Numbered from the stretch's first letter, positions 17,721-26,870 are shown. The stretch is DNA of 35,253 nucleotides from Candidatus Woesearchaeota archaeon (GCA_964359945.1 CAYHUM010000003.1:1-35253), one strand, 5' to 3'. Notes: a model not told the origin generated them from the letters alone. Numbers and translations: made by a program.

Positions 17721-19068
17721 CTTTTTTTTCTGTAATATCATGAAGCATATGATGATGGAAACCATGAGCAATATTATTTAATTTTAATCCTATAATACTA
17801 TATAAAGGCTTTTCATCTACTTTTCTTTCTTCTTTAATTAAAGGCAACATTGAAGCAGATACACCAAATCTTAAGATTGCAGATACAAGAAATATGAATA
17901 AAAATATGTTCATAAATCCTATATCTAAATTAGTAGCTAAATATCCTCCTATACTTGCACCTATAAAAATACCTACACCTGATAAAATATTTAAATAAGA
18001 AACACAAACTGCTCTTTTTTCTCTACCTACAGCATCAAAAACAAAATTACCTGAACTTAGACCAAATCCTGCCCATACAAATCCTGAATATGTTTGTATA
18101 ACCATTAAGTAATATTGATTTGGAGAAAATATAAATAATATTGGAACTAAAGGTATTAATAATCCAGTTAATCTCATAACTTTAACATTACCAAACCTAT
18201 CTGCAATTTTCCCCCATAAAGGCATACTAAATAAAGAAGCTAAAGCAGAAAATACATTAATTATAGTATAGATAGTATAACTAAATTTTAATTCTCTAAG
18301 CAAATAAACAGTAAAAAATGGAGAAGCAATCATCACAACTAAATAAATTAGCATCATATATATTGTATAACGACCAAAATTAGTTGTCCACATTTTCTTT
18401 ATAAAATCAATAAAGCCAAATTCAAATTCTTTTTTTATTATTAATTTAGGCTCATAAATTCTAGCAAATAAAACACCGGAAAATAATCTAGCTATTATGG
18501 CAATAATAAACAAAATCGCGAAACCTATAAAAACTTCATTCTTAGGAAATAAATCAAGAAAAAATCCTGCCAATAACATAGAAATTAAACCAACTAAACC
18601 AATTATTTCACTTCTTTTACCAAAATACCTTCCTCTTTGATCTTCAGGAACGATGTCACCCATCCAAGACATCCATACAGGGTTGATAAAAGAACTAACA
18701 ATTACTGCTAAAGAAAATAAGATTATTAAAATTAAGGGACCATTTTTTAGAAATAAAAATGGTATTAACAATATTGGTAACCACAAAAATGAATGCATAA
18801 AAATGTTTGCTAATATTATTTTTTTTCTGCTACCTACTTTTTCTAAAATAGAAGCTGTTTTTAACTGAAAAAATGGTGCAACTAAACTTGGAATAGAAGT
18901 TAATGCAGCAATCTGAGCATTACTTGCATTCATGGCAATAGCAAATGGACTTATATATGCATTACCAACACCATCCATAACAGCATAAGAACTTCCTTCT
19001 GCTATAGACAATTTTAAACTTTTATCTATTTTTTCTTTTTCCTCTTTTTCCTCTTTTTTTTCAACCAT
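17704..19068 (-). CDS. MFS transporter
   Basis: About 12 hydrophobic segments; WMSWMGDIVP-RGRYFG, WGKIADRFG MFS motifs. Confidence 0.9.
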   Translation of the reverse strand: MVEKKEEKEEKEKIDKSLKLSIAEGSSYAVMDGVGNAYISPFAIAMNASNAQIAALTSIPSLVAPFFQLKTASILEKVGSRKKIILANIFMHSFLWLPILLIPFLFLKNGPLILIILFSLAVIVSSFINPVWMSWMGDIVPEDQRGRYFGKRSEIIGLVGLISMLLAGFFLDLFPKNEVFIGFAILFIIAIIARLFSGVLFARIYEPKLIIKKEFEFGFIDFIKKMWTTNFGRYTIYMMLIYLVVMIASPFFTVYLLRELKFSYTIYTIINVFSALASLFSMPLWGKIADRFGNVKVMRLTGLLIPLVPILFIFSPNQYYLMVIQTYSGFVWAGFGLSSGNFVFDAVGREKRAVCVSYLNILSGVGIFIGASIGGYLATNLDIGFMNIFLFIFLVSAILRFGVSASMLPLIKEERKVDEKPLYSIIGLKLNNIAHGFHHHMLHDITEKKDDKPK

Positions 19069-19109
19069 ATACTATTTTTTTATTTAATTTATTTAAATAC
19101 TTTACTAGA

Positions 19110-19181
19110 TGGGCCTACCAGGAATTGAACCTGGATTTAGATCCTGTGAAGATCTCGTCATAACCACTAGACCATAAGCCC
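19110..19181 (-). tRNA. tRNA-Val(CAC), intronless
   Basis: Minus strand: GGGCTTA...AGATC-TT-CAC-AG-GATCT...CCAGG-TTCAATT-CCTGG-TAGGCCC-A. Confidence 0.93.
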
Positions 19182-19222
19182 TTAAGAAAATTCTTTACTT
19201 AAGACAACATTGTCATTTTGAA

Positions 19223-19356
19223 TGCTCCTGGCGAGACTTTCACTAAGGATGCAGGTTGATAAGGACGCAATCCTTATTTTGAACTCGCGTCTCGGCCTTT
19301 CTATAATTATAAATTTCGAGAGGGCCGAATCCTTAACCGGGCTAGACTACAGGAGC
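19223..19356 (-). tRNA. tRNA-Glu(CTC) with two introns: 18 nt at 37/38 (19299-19316) and 41 nt at 59/60 in the T-loop (19237-19277)
   Basis: Acceptor GCTCCTG/CAGGAGC, anticodon stem CGGCC/GGCCG, T-stem GCGAG/CTCGC; T-loop BHB helix TTCA/TGAA with AA|A and AG|T bulges; TTTATATA promoter at 19382-19389 on the minus strand. Confidence 0.9.
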
Positions 19357-19392
19357 TTGAAAATAAAAGAAAAAAAGAAAGTATATAAATTT

Positions 19393-20139
19393 TTACTTAA
19401 TTTTATATACTGCTGTTATTGATGCAGATATCTCTAATTTTTGTGGATTGATTTCTATAGATTCTGCATTCCCGACTCTTGCTATATCTGCTTTTAATGC
19501 AGCCTCAGCATAAATATAAGGTGGGTAATAAAAATTAGATTCACTTACACTTACTAAATCCCCCAATCTTGCTCCAAGACCAGTAGCAATAGATTCTGCT
19601 TTACTCTTTGCTTCAGACGCAGCTTTAGTTAATACTTCTTTTTTAATTTGCTCTTCTTTTTCTTTAGTTAAAACAAAAGATACTTGATCTATACCATTTG
19701 CACCATTATCTATTGATTTGTCTATTATTCTTCCCACTCTTTCTAGTTCAGTAGTAGAAACTTTTAATTGATTATATAAAGTATAACCATCAATTTTACT
19801 TTCTCCATCATCATAGATATATTTAGGGGATAAATAATATTGAGTAGTTTCTATATCTTTACTTAGAATTCCCATATCTTTTAAAGCATTTACTACATTA
19901 TCATTAATTTTTGAATTTTCATTTTTTACTTCTTCTGCACTTTTACCTTCAGTTAATATCTTAATATAAACTTCAGCTTTATCAGGAGCAATTGTTGTAG
20001 AACTTTGTCCAGTTACAGAAACTACTTTTTCATTTGGATTTGTGTTTCCTTTTAAATTATAAGCAAGTATTCCTATGACTACAATTAATCCAACTAGAGC
20101 TATTCCAATTAAAGTATTTTTTGAGTTTGTTCTTTCCAT
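19393..20139 (-). CDS. SIMPL (DUF541) domain membrane-anchored protein
   Basis: N-terminal TM; VSVTG..IAPDKA, DIETTQYYLSP, GANGIDQVSF, AKSKAESIA..LG; GGTGA SD upstream. Confidence 0.9.
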   Translation of the reverse strand: MERTNSKNTLIGIALVGLIVVIGILAYNLKGNTNPNEKVVSVTGQSSTTIAPDKAEVYIKILTEGKSAEEVKNENSKINDNVVNALKDMGILSKDIETTQYYLSPKYIYDDGESKIDGYTLYNQLKVSTTELERVGRIIDKSIDNGANGIDQVSFVLTKEKEEQIKKEVLTKAASEAKSKAESIATGLGARLGDLVSVSESNFYYPPYIYAEAALKADIARVGNAESIEINPQKLEISASITAVYKIK

Positions 20140-20211
20140 TTTTAATCACCAATTTTTATTTATTTTTGGTATTTAAATACATTACTTTAACTACAACTTG
20201 AATTGAAGTTA

Positions 20212-20284
20212 TAGCCTCGGGAGGATTCGAACCTCCGTCAATAGGTCCAGAGCCTACTATCCTTGACCACTAGACTACGAGGCT
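20212..20284 (-). tRNA. tRNA-Gln(CTG), intronless
   Basis: Minus strand: AGCCTCG...GTAGG-CT-CTG-GA-CCTAT...GGAGG-TTCGAAT-CCTCC-CGAGGCT-A; A1-U72 pair typical of archaeal tRNA-Gln. Confidence 0.94.
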
Positions 20285-20325
20285 ATTACAAATATTTATA
20301 TATAACCTCTTTTAAGCTTTTTTCT

Positions 20326-20742
20326 ATGTTAAATGAACCAACTTCAGTTGACGAATGTGTATACTTTACAAATAGAAGTGTAAATGAAAAAGGACATGTA
20401 AAGGCATGGGTTTATCGTGAAAAATGTCCTAAATGCGGTAAGGCCTTAATGGGCAAGCCTAAAGATCCTAAAACAGGCAAGCCAAAAATAAGAGCAGATT
20501 TCTATATTTGTCCAGTTTGCAATCATCAAGAAAATAAAGAAGAATATGAAGACAAATTAACAGTAAATATTAAATATACATGTCCATATTGTAATCATTC
20601 ATCTGAAACTCAAGTTCCATTTAAGAGAAAAAAAGTAAGGATCTTTGATGAAAAAGATATGAAGAATAAAACAGTAGATGTGATAAGATTTCAGTGTGGT
20701 AAATGCGGTAAGAATATAAACATAACAAAAAAAATGAAGTAG
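20326..20742 (+). CDS. Multi-CxxC zinc-ribbon protein (start 20326; ORF-track start overlaps tRNA-Gln)
   Basis: Four CxxC pairs (CPKC, CPVC, CPYC, CGKC); TTTATATA about 23 nt upstream. Confidence 0.82.
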   Translation: MLNEPTSVDECVYFTNRSVNEKGHVKAWVYREKCPKCGKALMGKPKDPKTGKPKIRADFYICPVCNHQENKEEYEDKLTVNIKYTCPYCNHSSETQVPFKRKKVRIFDEKDMKNKTVDVIRFQCGKCGKNINITKKMK

Positions 20743-20744
20743 AA

Positions 20745-21023
20745 ATGAGTAGCAATATAGATTTAAGAGAATTTTATAATAATACAGAAGTAAAAGATTC
20801 ATTAGGTCAATTTTTAAGTGGGAAAAAAGGTTATAAGGTAACAGATGAACCAAGAATAATACATTGTCCAGGATGTAAAATAAAATTAAAAGATAATCTT
20901 AAATTTTGTCCTGAGTGTGGAACTAAACTAGAACCAGAAAAACCTAAAAATTGCTCTAATTGTAATACTATTCTTAAAATAGGTCAAAAATTCTGTACTG
21001 AATGTGGTACTAAAACTCCTTAA
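20745..21023 (+). CDS. Double zinc-ribbon (DZR) protein
   Basis: CPGC..KFCPECG and CSNC..KFCTECG repeats. Confidence 0.82.
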   Translation: MSSNIDLREFYNNTEVKDSLGQFLSGKKGYKVTDEPRIIHCPGCKIKLKDNLKFCPECGTKLEPEKPKNCSNCNTILKIGQKFCTECGTKTP

Positions 21024-21064
21024 AAAATAACAATATTTAAATAATTTTTCAGTTCTTAAATATT

Positions 21065-21520
21065 ATGAAAAAAATATTATTTTTATTATTCATTTTAATT
21101 TTTATTTCTTCTTGTACAACTGGTAATGTAATAAAAGAAAACCCAAAAGAAGGACCTTTTTTAGTGATTAAAGTTATTGATGGAGATACTTTAGATATAG
21201 AAACAGGAGAAAGAATAAGATTGAGTGGAATAGACACCCCTGAAAAAGGTGAATGTTATTATAAAGAAGCTAAAAGTACTTTAGCTAATTTAACTTTAAA
21301 CAAAACTGTATTAATACAACAAGACATTACAAATAAAGATAAATATGGAAGACTATTAAGGTATATTTATTTAGAAGATATTTTAATTAATGAATATTTA
21401 GTAAGAGATGGGTATGCCAGAGTTTATGATAAATATAAAGATGATACTTCTAAATATGGATTATTAAAGCACTCTGAAATAAAAGCATTTGATGAAAAAA
21501 AGGGATTATGGAGTTGTTAA
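21065..21520 (+). CDS. Thermonuclease (SNase family), lipoprotein-like
   Basis: Signal ending ISSC; VIDGDT, IRLSGIDTPE, DKYGRLLRY, LVRDGYA, KKGLW. Confidence 0.93.
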   Translation: MKKILFLLFILIFISSCTTGNVIKENPKEGPFLVIKVIDGDTLDIETGERIRLSGIDTPEKGECYYKEAKSTLANLTLNKTVLIQQDITNKDKYGRLLRYIYLEDILINEYLVRDGYARVYDKYKDDTSKYGLLKHSEIKAFDEKKGLWSC

Positions 21521-21532
21521 TATTAAAAAAGA

Positions 21533-21739
21533 TTATTTAGCTGCTAATTTTATATCAGCAGCCTTAATTGTTTTTCTTCCAGAATGTAAAGCAAATTTAA
21601 CTGATTTTTCAGCTATTAAATGAGCATGTTCTTCTAGAACTTCACGTAAAGCTTCTTTTGCATTATCACTCACTCTTTCAGCTCCCCCTTTCTTAAGTAA
21701 ACGTTCCATTGCAGCTAAAGGTAGTATTGAATTTGCCAT
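21533..21739 (-). CDS. Archaeal histone (HMfA/B family)
   Basis: LPLAAMERLLKKGGAERVS..A..HSGRKTIKAADI; GGAGG SD upstream of ATG 21739. Confidence 0.95.
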   Translation of the reverse strand: MANSILPLAAMERLLKKGGAERVSDNAKEALREVLEEHAHLIAEKSVKFALHSGRKTIKAADIKLAAK

Positions 21740-21954
21740 TTTGCCCTCCAAAAAGCTATTTTAAACTATTTAAACATAAAATAACTTTAATAAATGAAAA
21801 TAGAAATTATTAGTATATAAATATTTGCATAAGAGTTTATATTTACTCTAATAAAGAAAATAAGGATTTTATAACCACTTTTCTAAAATATATTTTTAGT
21901 ATATTAAAGTTTAATTTCTAAAACTAAGCATAAAAACCTAAGGTTTATAAAAAC

Positions 21955-21969
21955 CAAAACCTTTATAAA
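21955..21969 (+). promoter_or_regulatory. BRE plus TATA box of the ribosomal protein superoperon
   Basis: CAAAACC-TTTATAAA (21962-21969); a second TTTATAAA lies about 18 nt upstream; predicted start about 21992. Confidence 0.6.
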
Positions 21970-22000
21970 TATACTTTAAAACAAAAAATATACCCTACTG

Positions 22001-22063
22001 ATGAAACAAAATATTAACCTAAAAGTCGCTGATTCTAAGTTAGTCAAATTTCCAATGAAATAA
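22001..22063 (+). CDS. Candidate 20-aa leader peptide (uORF) MKQNINLKVADSKLVKFPMK
   Basis: ATG about 9 nt after the predicted TSS; ends in the TAAAATG junction with rpl3. Confidence 0.35.
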   Translation: MKQNINLKVADSKLVKFPMK

Positions 22064-22064
22064 A

Positions 22065-23042
22065 ATGCCAAGAGTTCATGACCCTAGAGCAGGATCAATG
22101 CAATACTGGCCAAGAAAAAGGGCTAAACGAATATACCCTAAAATAAGATCTTGGCTTAAGTCTGAGGTAGCTAGACCTTTAGGATTTGCAGGATATAAAG
22201 TTGCTATGACTCACTTAATTTTTAAGGATAATAGACAAAATTCAAGAACAAGAGGAGAAAATGTTTTTTTCCCAATAACTATTTTAGAATGTCCCCCATT
22301 AAAGATACTTGCTTTAAAATTATACAAAAATACTACTTATGGATTAGTTCCTTCAAAACAAATTTATAATCCTAAATTAGATAAAGAACTTGCAAGAAAA
22401 ATAAACTTACCTAAAAAAATAAAAGACCAAATAAATGAAATAGAAAATAAACTAAATGACTATTCTGAATTGCGTTTATTGGTTTATACACAACCTAGAT
22501 TAACAACAATAGGAAAGAAAAAACCAGAAATCTTTGAAATAGCTTTGGGTGGTACAATACAAGAACAATTTAATTATGCAAAATCAATGTTAGATAAAGA
22601 AGTTAGAATTTCAGAAATTTTTAAAGAAGGTCAATATTTAGACACACATTCAGTTTCTATAGGAAAAGGACTTCAAGGACCAGTTAAAAGATTTGGAGTT
22701 TCACTTAAATCACATAAATCAGAAAAAAAGAGAAGAAGTTCAGGTAATCTTGGTTCATGGAATCCTTCAAAAGTACTATCAACTGTACCTCAAAAAGGTC
22801 AACTAGGATTCCAAACAAGGACTGAATATAATAAATTACTTATAAAAATGTCAAATGATACTAAATTAATTAATCCTAAAGGAGGATTTAATAGTTATGG
22901 TTTAGTAAAAAATGATTATGTTTTAATTAAGGGGTCTATAACCGGACCTGTAAGAAGACTAATAAGATTAACTCCGGCATTAAGAAACCAAAAATTAGAA
23001 CAACCATTAGAAATAAACTATATAAGTTTAAAATCAAGTTAA
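22065..23042 (+). CDS. rpl3: 50S ribosomal protein uL3
   Basis: PRAGSMQYWPRKRA, GFAGYKVAMTH, GKGLQGPVKRFG. Confidence 0.97.
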   Translation: MPRVHDPRAGSMQYWPRKRAKRIYPKIRSWLKSEVARPLGFAGYKVAMTHLIFKDNRQNSRTRGENVFFPITILECPPLKILALKLYKNTTYGLVPSKQIYNPKLDKELARKINLPKKIKDQINEIENKLNDYSELRLLVYTQPRLTTIGKKKPEIFEIALGGTIQEQFNYAKSMLDKEVRISEIFKEGQYLDTHSVSIGKGLQGPVKRFGVSLKSHKSEKKRRSSGNLGSWNPSKVLSTVPQKGQLGFQTRTEYNKLLIKMSNDTKLINPKGGFNSYGLVKNDYVLIKGSITGPVRRLIRLTPALRNQKLEQPLEINYISLKSS

Positions 23043-23043
23043 A

Positions 23044-23841
23044 ATGAAAGCAGATATAATTGATTTAAATGGACACAAAGTAAGAACAATTGAACTACCA
23101 AAACAATTTCAAGAAGAAATAAGACTAGATTTAATTAAACGTTCAAATCTTGCATTAAGAAGTCATAAACGACAACCATATGGAGCATTTCCTTTAGCTG
23201 GGCAACAAGTCTCAGCGAAATTATCAAGGAGAAGAAGAGACTATAAAACAGCATATGGAAAAGGAATTTCAAGATCACCAAGAAAAACACTTTGGCGTAG
23301 AGGAACTAATTTTATGTGGGTAGGTGCCCTAGCTCCTAATACAGTTAAAGGTAGAGAAGCTCACCCCCCAAAATCACAAAAAAATATATACAGAAAAATA
23401 AATAAAAAAGAACGCAGAAAAGCCATAAGATCAGCAATTTCAGCTTCTGTAAACAAAGAATTTTTTAAAGATCATAAATTTAACTTACCTATAATAATAA
23501 ATTCTGATTTTGAAAATATAAAGAAAACTAAAGAATTACAGAAATTTTTAATTAAAATAGGTCTAGAAAGTTTAATAGATAAAGTTAAAGAGAAAAAAAT
23601 AAGAGCAGGAAAAGGTAAAGCTAGAGGTAGAAAATACATTAAAAGAAAAGGACCATTAATAGTGGTTTCGGATAATTGTTCATTATTAAAATGCTCTAAT
23701 CTTCCTGGATTTGATATAGTTAAAGTAAATTCATTAAATACAGAATTATTAGCTCCTGGTTTTAACCCAAGATTAATAATTTGGAGTGAAAAAGCAATAG
23801 AAAAACTAGAAAAAGAAAATTTGTTTTATGATAAAAAATGA
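23044..23841 (+). CDS. rpl4: 50S ribosomal protein uL4
   Basis: RQPYG, GREAHPPK, KINKKERRKAIRSA, RAGKGKARGR, LAPG. Confidence 0.96.
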   Translation: MKADIIDLNGHKVRTIELPKQFQEEIRLDLIKRSNLALRSHKRQPYGAFPLAGQQVSAKLSRRRRDYKTAYGKGISRSPRKTLWRRGTNFMWVGALAPNTVKGREAHPPKSQKNIYRKINKKERRKAIRSAISASVNKEFFKDHKFNLPIIINSDFENIKKTKELQKFLIKIGLESLIDKVKEKKIRAGKGKARGRKYIKRKGPLIVVSDNCSLLKCSNLPGFDIVKVNSLNTELLAPGFNPRLIIWSEKAIEKLEKENLFYDKK

Positions 23842-24101
23842 AAGAACCATACTCAATACTAAAATATCCATTATCTACAGAAAAATCATTCAAGTTAATG
23901 GAATCTGAGAATAAATTAGTATTTATAGTAGATAGAAGAGCAAAAAAGCAAGAAATTAAAGACGCATTTGAGAAATTGTTTAAAGCAAAAGTTCTAAACA
24001 TAAATACTTTAATAGATTCAGACGGAAAGAAAAAAGCATTTATAAAAATTTCAAATGAAACTCCAGCTATTGATATAGCTACTCAACTAGGAATGATGTA
24101 A
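23838..24101 (+). CDS. rpl23: 50S ribosomal protein uL23
   Basis: YPLSTEK, ENKLVFIV, INTLI..GKKKAFI. Confidence 0.96.
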   Translation: MKEPYSILKYPLSTEKSFKLMESENKLVFIVDRRAKKQEIKDAFEKLFKAKVLNINTLIDSDGKKKAFIKISNETPAIDIATQLGMM

Positions 24102-24102
24102 A

Positions 24103-24828
24103 ATGGGAAAAAGTTTATTGCAACAAAGACGTGGAAAAGGAGGACTTACATTTAGAGCTAGATCTCATTACTATAAAGCAGAGGTTAAACATAGAAGTTA
24201 TGATGACGTAGAAAAAACTTCAGTCATGGAAGGAAAAATAATAAATCTTATTCACGACCCTGGTCATAATGCTCCTTTAGCCCAAGTAAAATATCAGGAT
24301 AATAAAACATTATTTATTTTTGCTCCATTAGGAATTAATTTACACGATACAATAATGTCTGGCAATAATGCTTCTATTAAAGCTGGAAATACATTACCAT
24401 TAAAAAATATACCAGAAGGAACTCAAATTTATAATATTGAAAGTTTTCCTGGAGACGGCGGAAAATTTGTGAGATCTCCTGGAACTGCTGCTAATATTAC
24501 CTCAAAAACCGAAGATAAAGTAATTATTTTACTTCCTTCAAAGAAATTAAAAGAATTAAATCCAGATTGTAGAGCAACTATAGGAATAATAGCAGGATCA
24601 GGAAGAAAAGAAAAACCATTTTTAAAAGCAGGAAAAAAATATCATGCAATGAAAGCACGTAATAGGTATTATCCTACAGTTTCAGGTGTATCAATGAATG
24701 TAGTAAGTCATCCGTTTGGTTCTGGAAGGGGATCCCATAAAGGACAATCTACTACTATTTCAAGAAAAGCTCCGCCAGGACGTAAAGTAGGACTAATCTC
24801 AGCTAGAAGGTCAGGACGTAAGAAGTAA
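24103..24828 (+). CDS. rpl2: 50S ribosomal protein uL2
   Basis: [37 protein letters not shown]. Confidence 0.97.
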   Translation: MGKSLLQQRRGKGGLTFRARSHYYKAEVKHRSYDDVEKTSVMEGKIINLIHDPGHNAPLAQVKYQDNKTLFIFAPLGINLHDTIMSGNNASIKAGNTLPLKNIPEGTQIYNIESFPGDGGKFVRSPGTAANITSKTEDKVIILLPSKKLKELNPDCRATIGIIAGSGRKEKPFLKAGKKYHAMKARNRYYPTVSGVSMNVVSHPFGSGRGSHKGQSTTISRKAPPGRKVGLISARRSGRKK

Positions 24829-24829
24829 A

Positions 24830-25228
24830 ATGGCAAAGAAAGAATTCACATTTAAAGGAAAGACAATTCAAGAACTCCAAAAAATGTCCTTAGAAGAATT
24901 TATAAAAATAATTCCTTCACGTCAAAGAAGATCTCTAACAAGAGGATTTTCTGAAACCCAAAAAATATTACTTAATAAAATCAAAAAATCAAAAAATGGA
25001 ACTTATAAAAAAATAATAAAAACACATTGTCGCGATATGATTGTAGTTCCAGAAATGATTTCCTTAACTATTCATGTTTATAACGGAAGATCTTTTAATC
25101 CGGTACTTATTACAGAAGATATGTTAGGCCATTATTTAGGAGAATTTGTATTAACAAGGAAGAAAGTTCAGCACTCAGCCCCTGGTATAGGAGCTACAAA
25201 ATCTAGTTCAGCAGTATCAGTAAAATAA
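24830..25228 (+). CDS. rps19: 30S ribosomal protein uS19
   Basis: [31 protein letters not shown]. Confidence 0.97.
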   Translation: MAKKEFTFKGKTIQELQKMSLEEFIKIIPSRQRRSLTRGFSETQKILLNKIKKSKNGTYKKIIKTHCRDMIVVPEMISLTIHVYNGRSFNPVLITEDMLGHYLGEFVLTRKKVQHSAPGIGATKSSSAVSVK

Positions 25229-25229
25229 A

Positions 25230-25637
25230 ATGGCCAATAATAATTATTCAAAAATCATAGGAAAGAATTTACCTATATCCACTAAACAAGCTATTGAGAT
25301 TTTAAATAGCATAAGGAATAAAAATATAGCAAAAGTAAAGAAATTTTTGCAGAGAGTAATAGACAAAAAAACACCTGTTGAATATAAAAGATTTAATAGA
25401 GATACTGGTCATAAACCCGGAATGGCAGCTGGTCGTTACCCTGTAAAATCTTCAAAACATATTTTACAACTAATTAATAGTCTTGAAGCAAATGCAGAAT
25501 TTAAAGGCATGGATAAAGAAAAATTAATCATAAGTTATGCTGTTGCAAATAAAGGCAATACGCAATTTCATCCTGGAAGAATAAGAGGACGTCAATTTAA
25601 AACCACACATATTGAATTAAGAGCAATGGAAAAATGA
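25230..25637 (+). CDS. rpl22: 50S ribosomal protein uL22
   Basis: PISTK, GHK..GRYPVK, ANAEFKG, TTHIE. Confidence 0.94.
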   Translation: MANNNYSKIIGKNLPISTKQAIEILNSIRNKNIAKVKKFLQRVIDKKTPVEYKRFNRDTGHKPGMAAGRYPVKSSKHILQLINSLEANAEFKGMDKEKLIISYAVANKGNTQFHPGRIRGRQFKTTHIELRAMEK

Positions 25638-26389
25638 TAGAAAAAGATTTTGTGTCAAGAAAAATAAAAGGATATAGAATAGAAGAATTTATTTCTTCTC
25701 ATCTAAAAGAAGCTGGATATAGTCATACAGAGATTCAAAGAACTCCTTTAGGAGAGAAAATTATAATTTACACATCTAAGCCAGGATTAATCGTAGGTCA
25801 CAGAGGAGAGAATATAAAAAATTTAACACGTTATCTAAAGAAAAAATTTAAGATGGAAAACCCACAAATAGAAGTAGCTGAAATATCAGATCCTTTGTTA
25901 AATCCTCAATCAGTTGCTTCCCATATAACATATTTGTTTGAAAAATATGGACCAAAGCACTTTAAGTCAACTGGCTATAAAACAATAGAACAAATTATGG
26001 TAGCAGGTGCTACTGGAGTTGAAATTGTTATTTCAGGTAGAGGAATTCCTAGTTCCAGAGCAAAAAGATGGAGATTTTCAGCTGGATATCTTAAAAAATC
26101 CGGGGATATTTCAGAAAATTTTGTAAAAAGAGGTTTTTCTGTAGCTCAATTAAGATCAGGTTCAATAGGCGTGAAAGTTAGTATATTAACTCCAGATGTT
26201 AAATTACCTGATAAGATTGTTTTAAGTGAGGTTAAAGAAGATTCTGAAACTAAAGTAGAGCATAAAAAAGAACCTGAACCAGAAGCTAAAAAAGAAGTAA
26301 AAGAGGAGAAAAAAATTAAACATAGAAAACCAAAAACAGAAAATGGCACTAATAAGAAAAAAAGAACTTCAACAGATGAAGGAAACTGA
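25634..26389 (+). CDS. rps3: 30S ribosomal protein uS3 (with Lys/Glu-rich C-terminal extension)
   Basis: AGYS..RTPLG..KPGLIVG KH domain, GATGVEIVISG, GYLKKSG, GSIGVKV. Confidence 0.96.
   Translation: MIEKDFVSRKIKGYRIEEFISSHLKEAGYSHTEIQRTPLGEKIIIYTSKPGLIVGHRGENIKNLTRYLKKKFKMENPQIEVAEISDPLLNPQSVASHITYLFEKYGPKHFKSTGYKTIEQIMVAGATGVEIVISGRGIPSSRAKRWRFSAGYLKKSGDISENFVKRGFSVAQLRSGSIGVKVSILTPDVKLPDKIVLSEVKEDSETKVEHKKEPEPEAKKEVKEEKKIKHRKPKTENGTNKKKRTSTDEGN
26246..26311 (+). repeat. 66-bp direct repeat, copy 1 (uS3 tail)
   Basis: 62/66 identical to 31039-31104. Confidence 0.95.
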
Positions 26390-26558
26390 TTTGAAAGCAA
26401 AGCTAACTGAACTTAAAAAAGAATTAGTTAAGCTTAATGCTAAAGTTGCAATAGGGACTATTCCAGAAAGTCCAGGAAAAATAAGGTTAATTAAAAAAAC
26501 TATTGCAAGAATAAACACAAAATTAAACGAATTTAGGAGGACGAAAGCAAAAATATGA
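26343..26558 (+). CDS. rpl29: 50S ribosomal protein uL29
   Basis: KELQQM..L.ELKKEL..PGKIRLIKKTIARI. Confidence 0.94.
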   Translation: MALIRKKELQQMKETDLKAKLTELKKELVKLNAKVAIGTIPESPGKIRLIKKTIARINTKLNEFRRTKAKI

Positions 26559-26863
26559 GTGATATATGCCCTAAATGTGGCTTACCTCGTGAATTGTGTG
26601 TTTGTGAATCTATAGCAAGAGAGGGGCAGCGAATTAAAGTTAAAATGGTAAAAAGAAGATTTGGAAAGATGATAACTTTAGTAGAAGGGATAAATAGTAA
26701 TGACGTCGGTCTAAAAGAAATTGCAAAAAGACTAAAGTCTAAATTTGCATGTGGTGGTACAGTAAAAGACGGAAACATAGAATTGCAAGGAGACCATCTG
26801 CATAAAGTAAAGAAAGAATTGATTGCCCTTGGTTTTAACTCAGACACAATAGATGTAGATTAA
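26555..26863 (+). CDS. sui1: Translation initiation factor aIF1/SUI1
   Basis: CPKCGLPRELCVCE, RRFGK, LKSKFACGGT, IELQGDH. Confidence 0.96.
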   Translation: MSDICPKCGLPRELCVCESIAREGQRIKVKMVKRRFGKMITLVEGINSNDVGLKEIAKRLKSKFACGGTVKDGNIELQGDHLHKVKKELIALGFNSDTIDVD

Positions 26864-26870
26864 CAAAATA

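Noticed and set aside
19222-19422. 66-aa plus-strand ORF
   Set aside because: Antisense to tRNA-Glu; shadow ORF.
20191-20214. Inverted repeat CTACAACTT/AAGTTATAG at the tRNA-Gln 3' end
   Set aside because: Short and AT-rich; cannot be distinguished from chance or a simple trailer hairpin.
21752-21960. AT-rich gap as a replication origin
   Set aside because: No ORB-like repeats or cdc6/orc1 nearby; explained by divergent histone and rpl3 promoters.
21998-22063. Hammerhead ribozyme (CTGATGA...GAAA)
   Set aside because: No stem II/III pairing around the core motifs.
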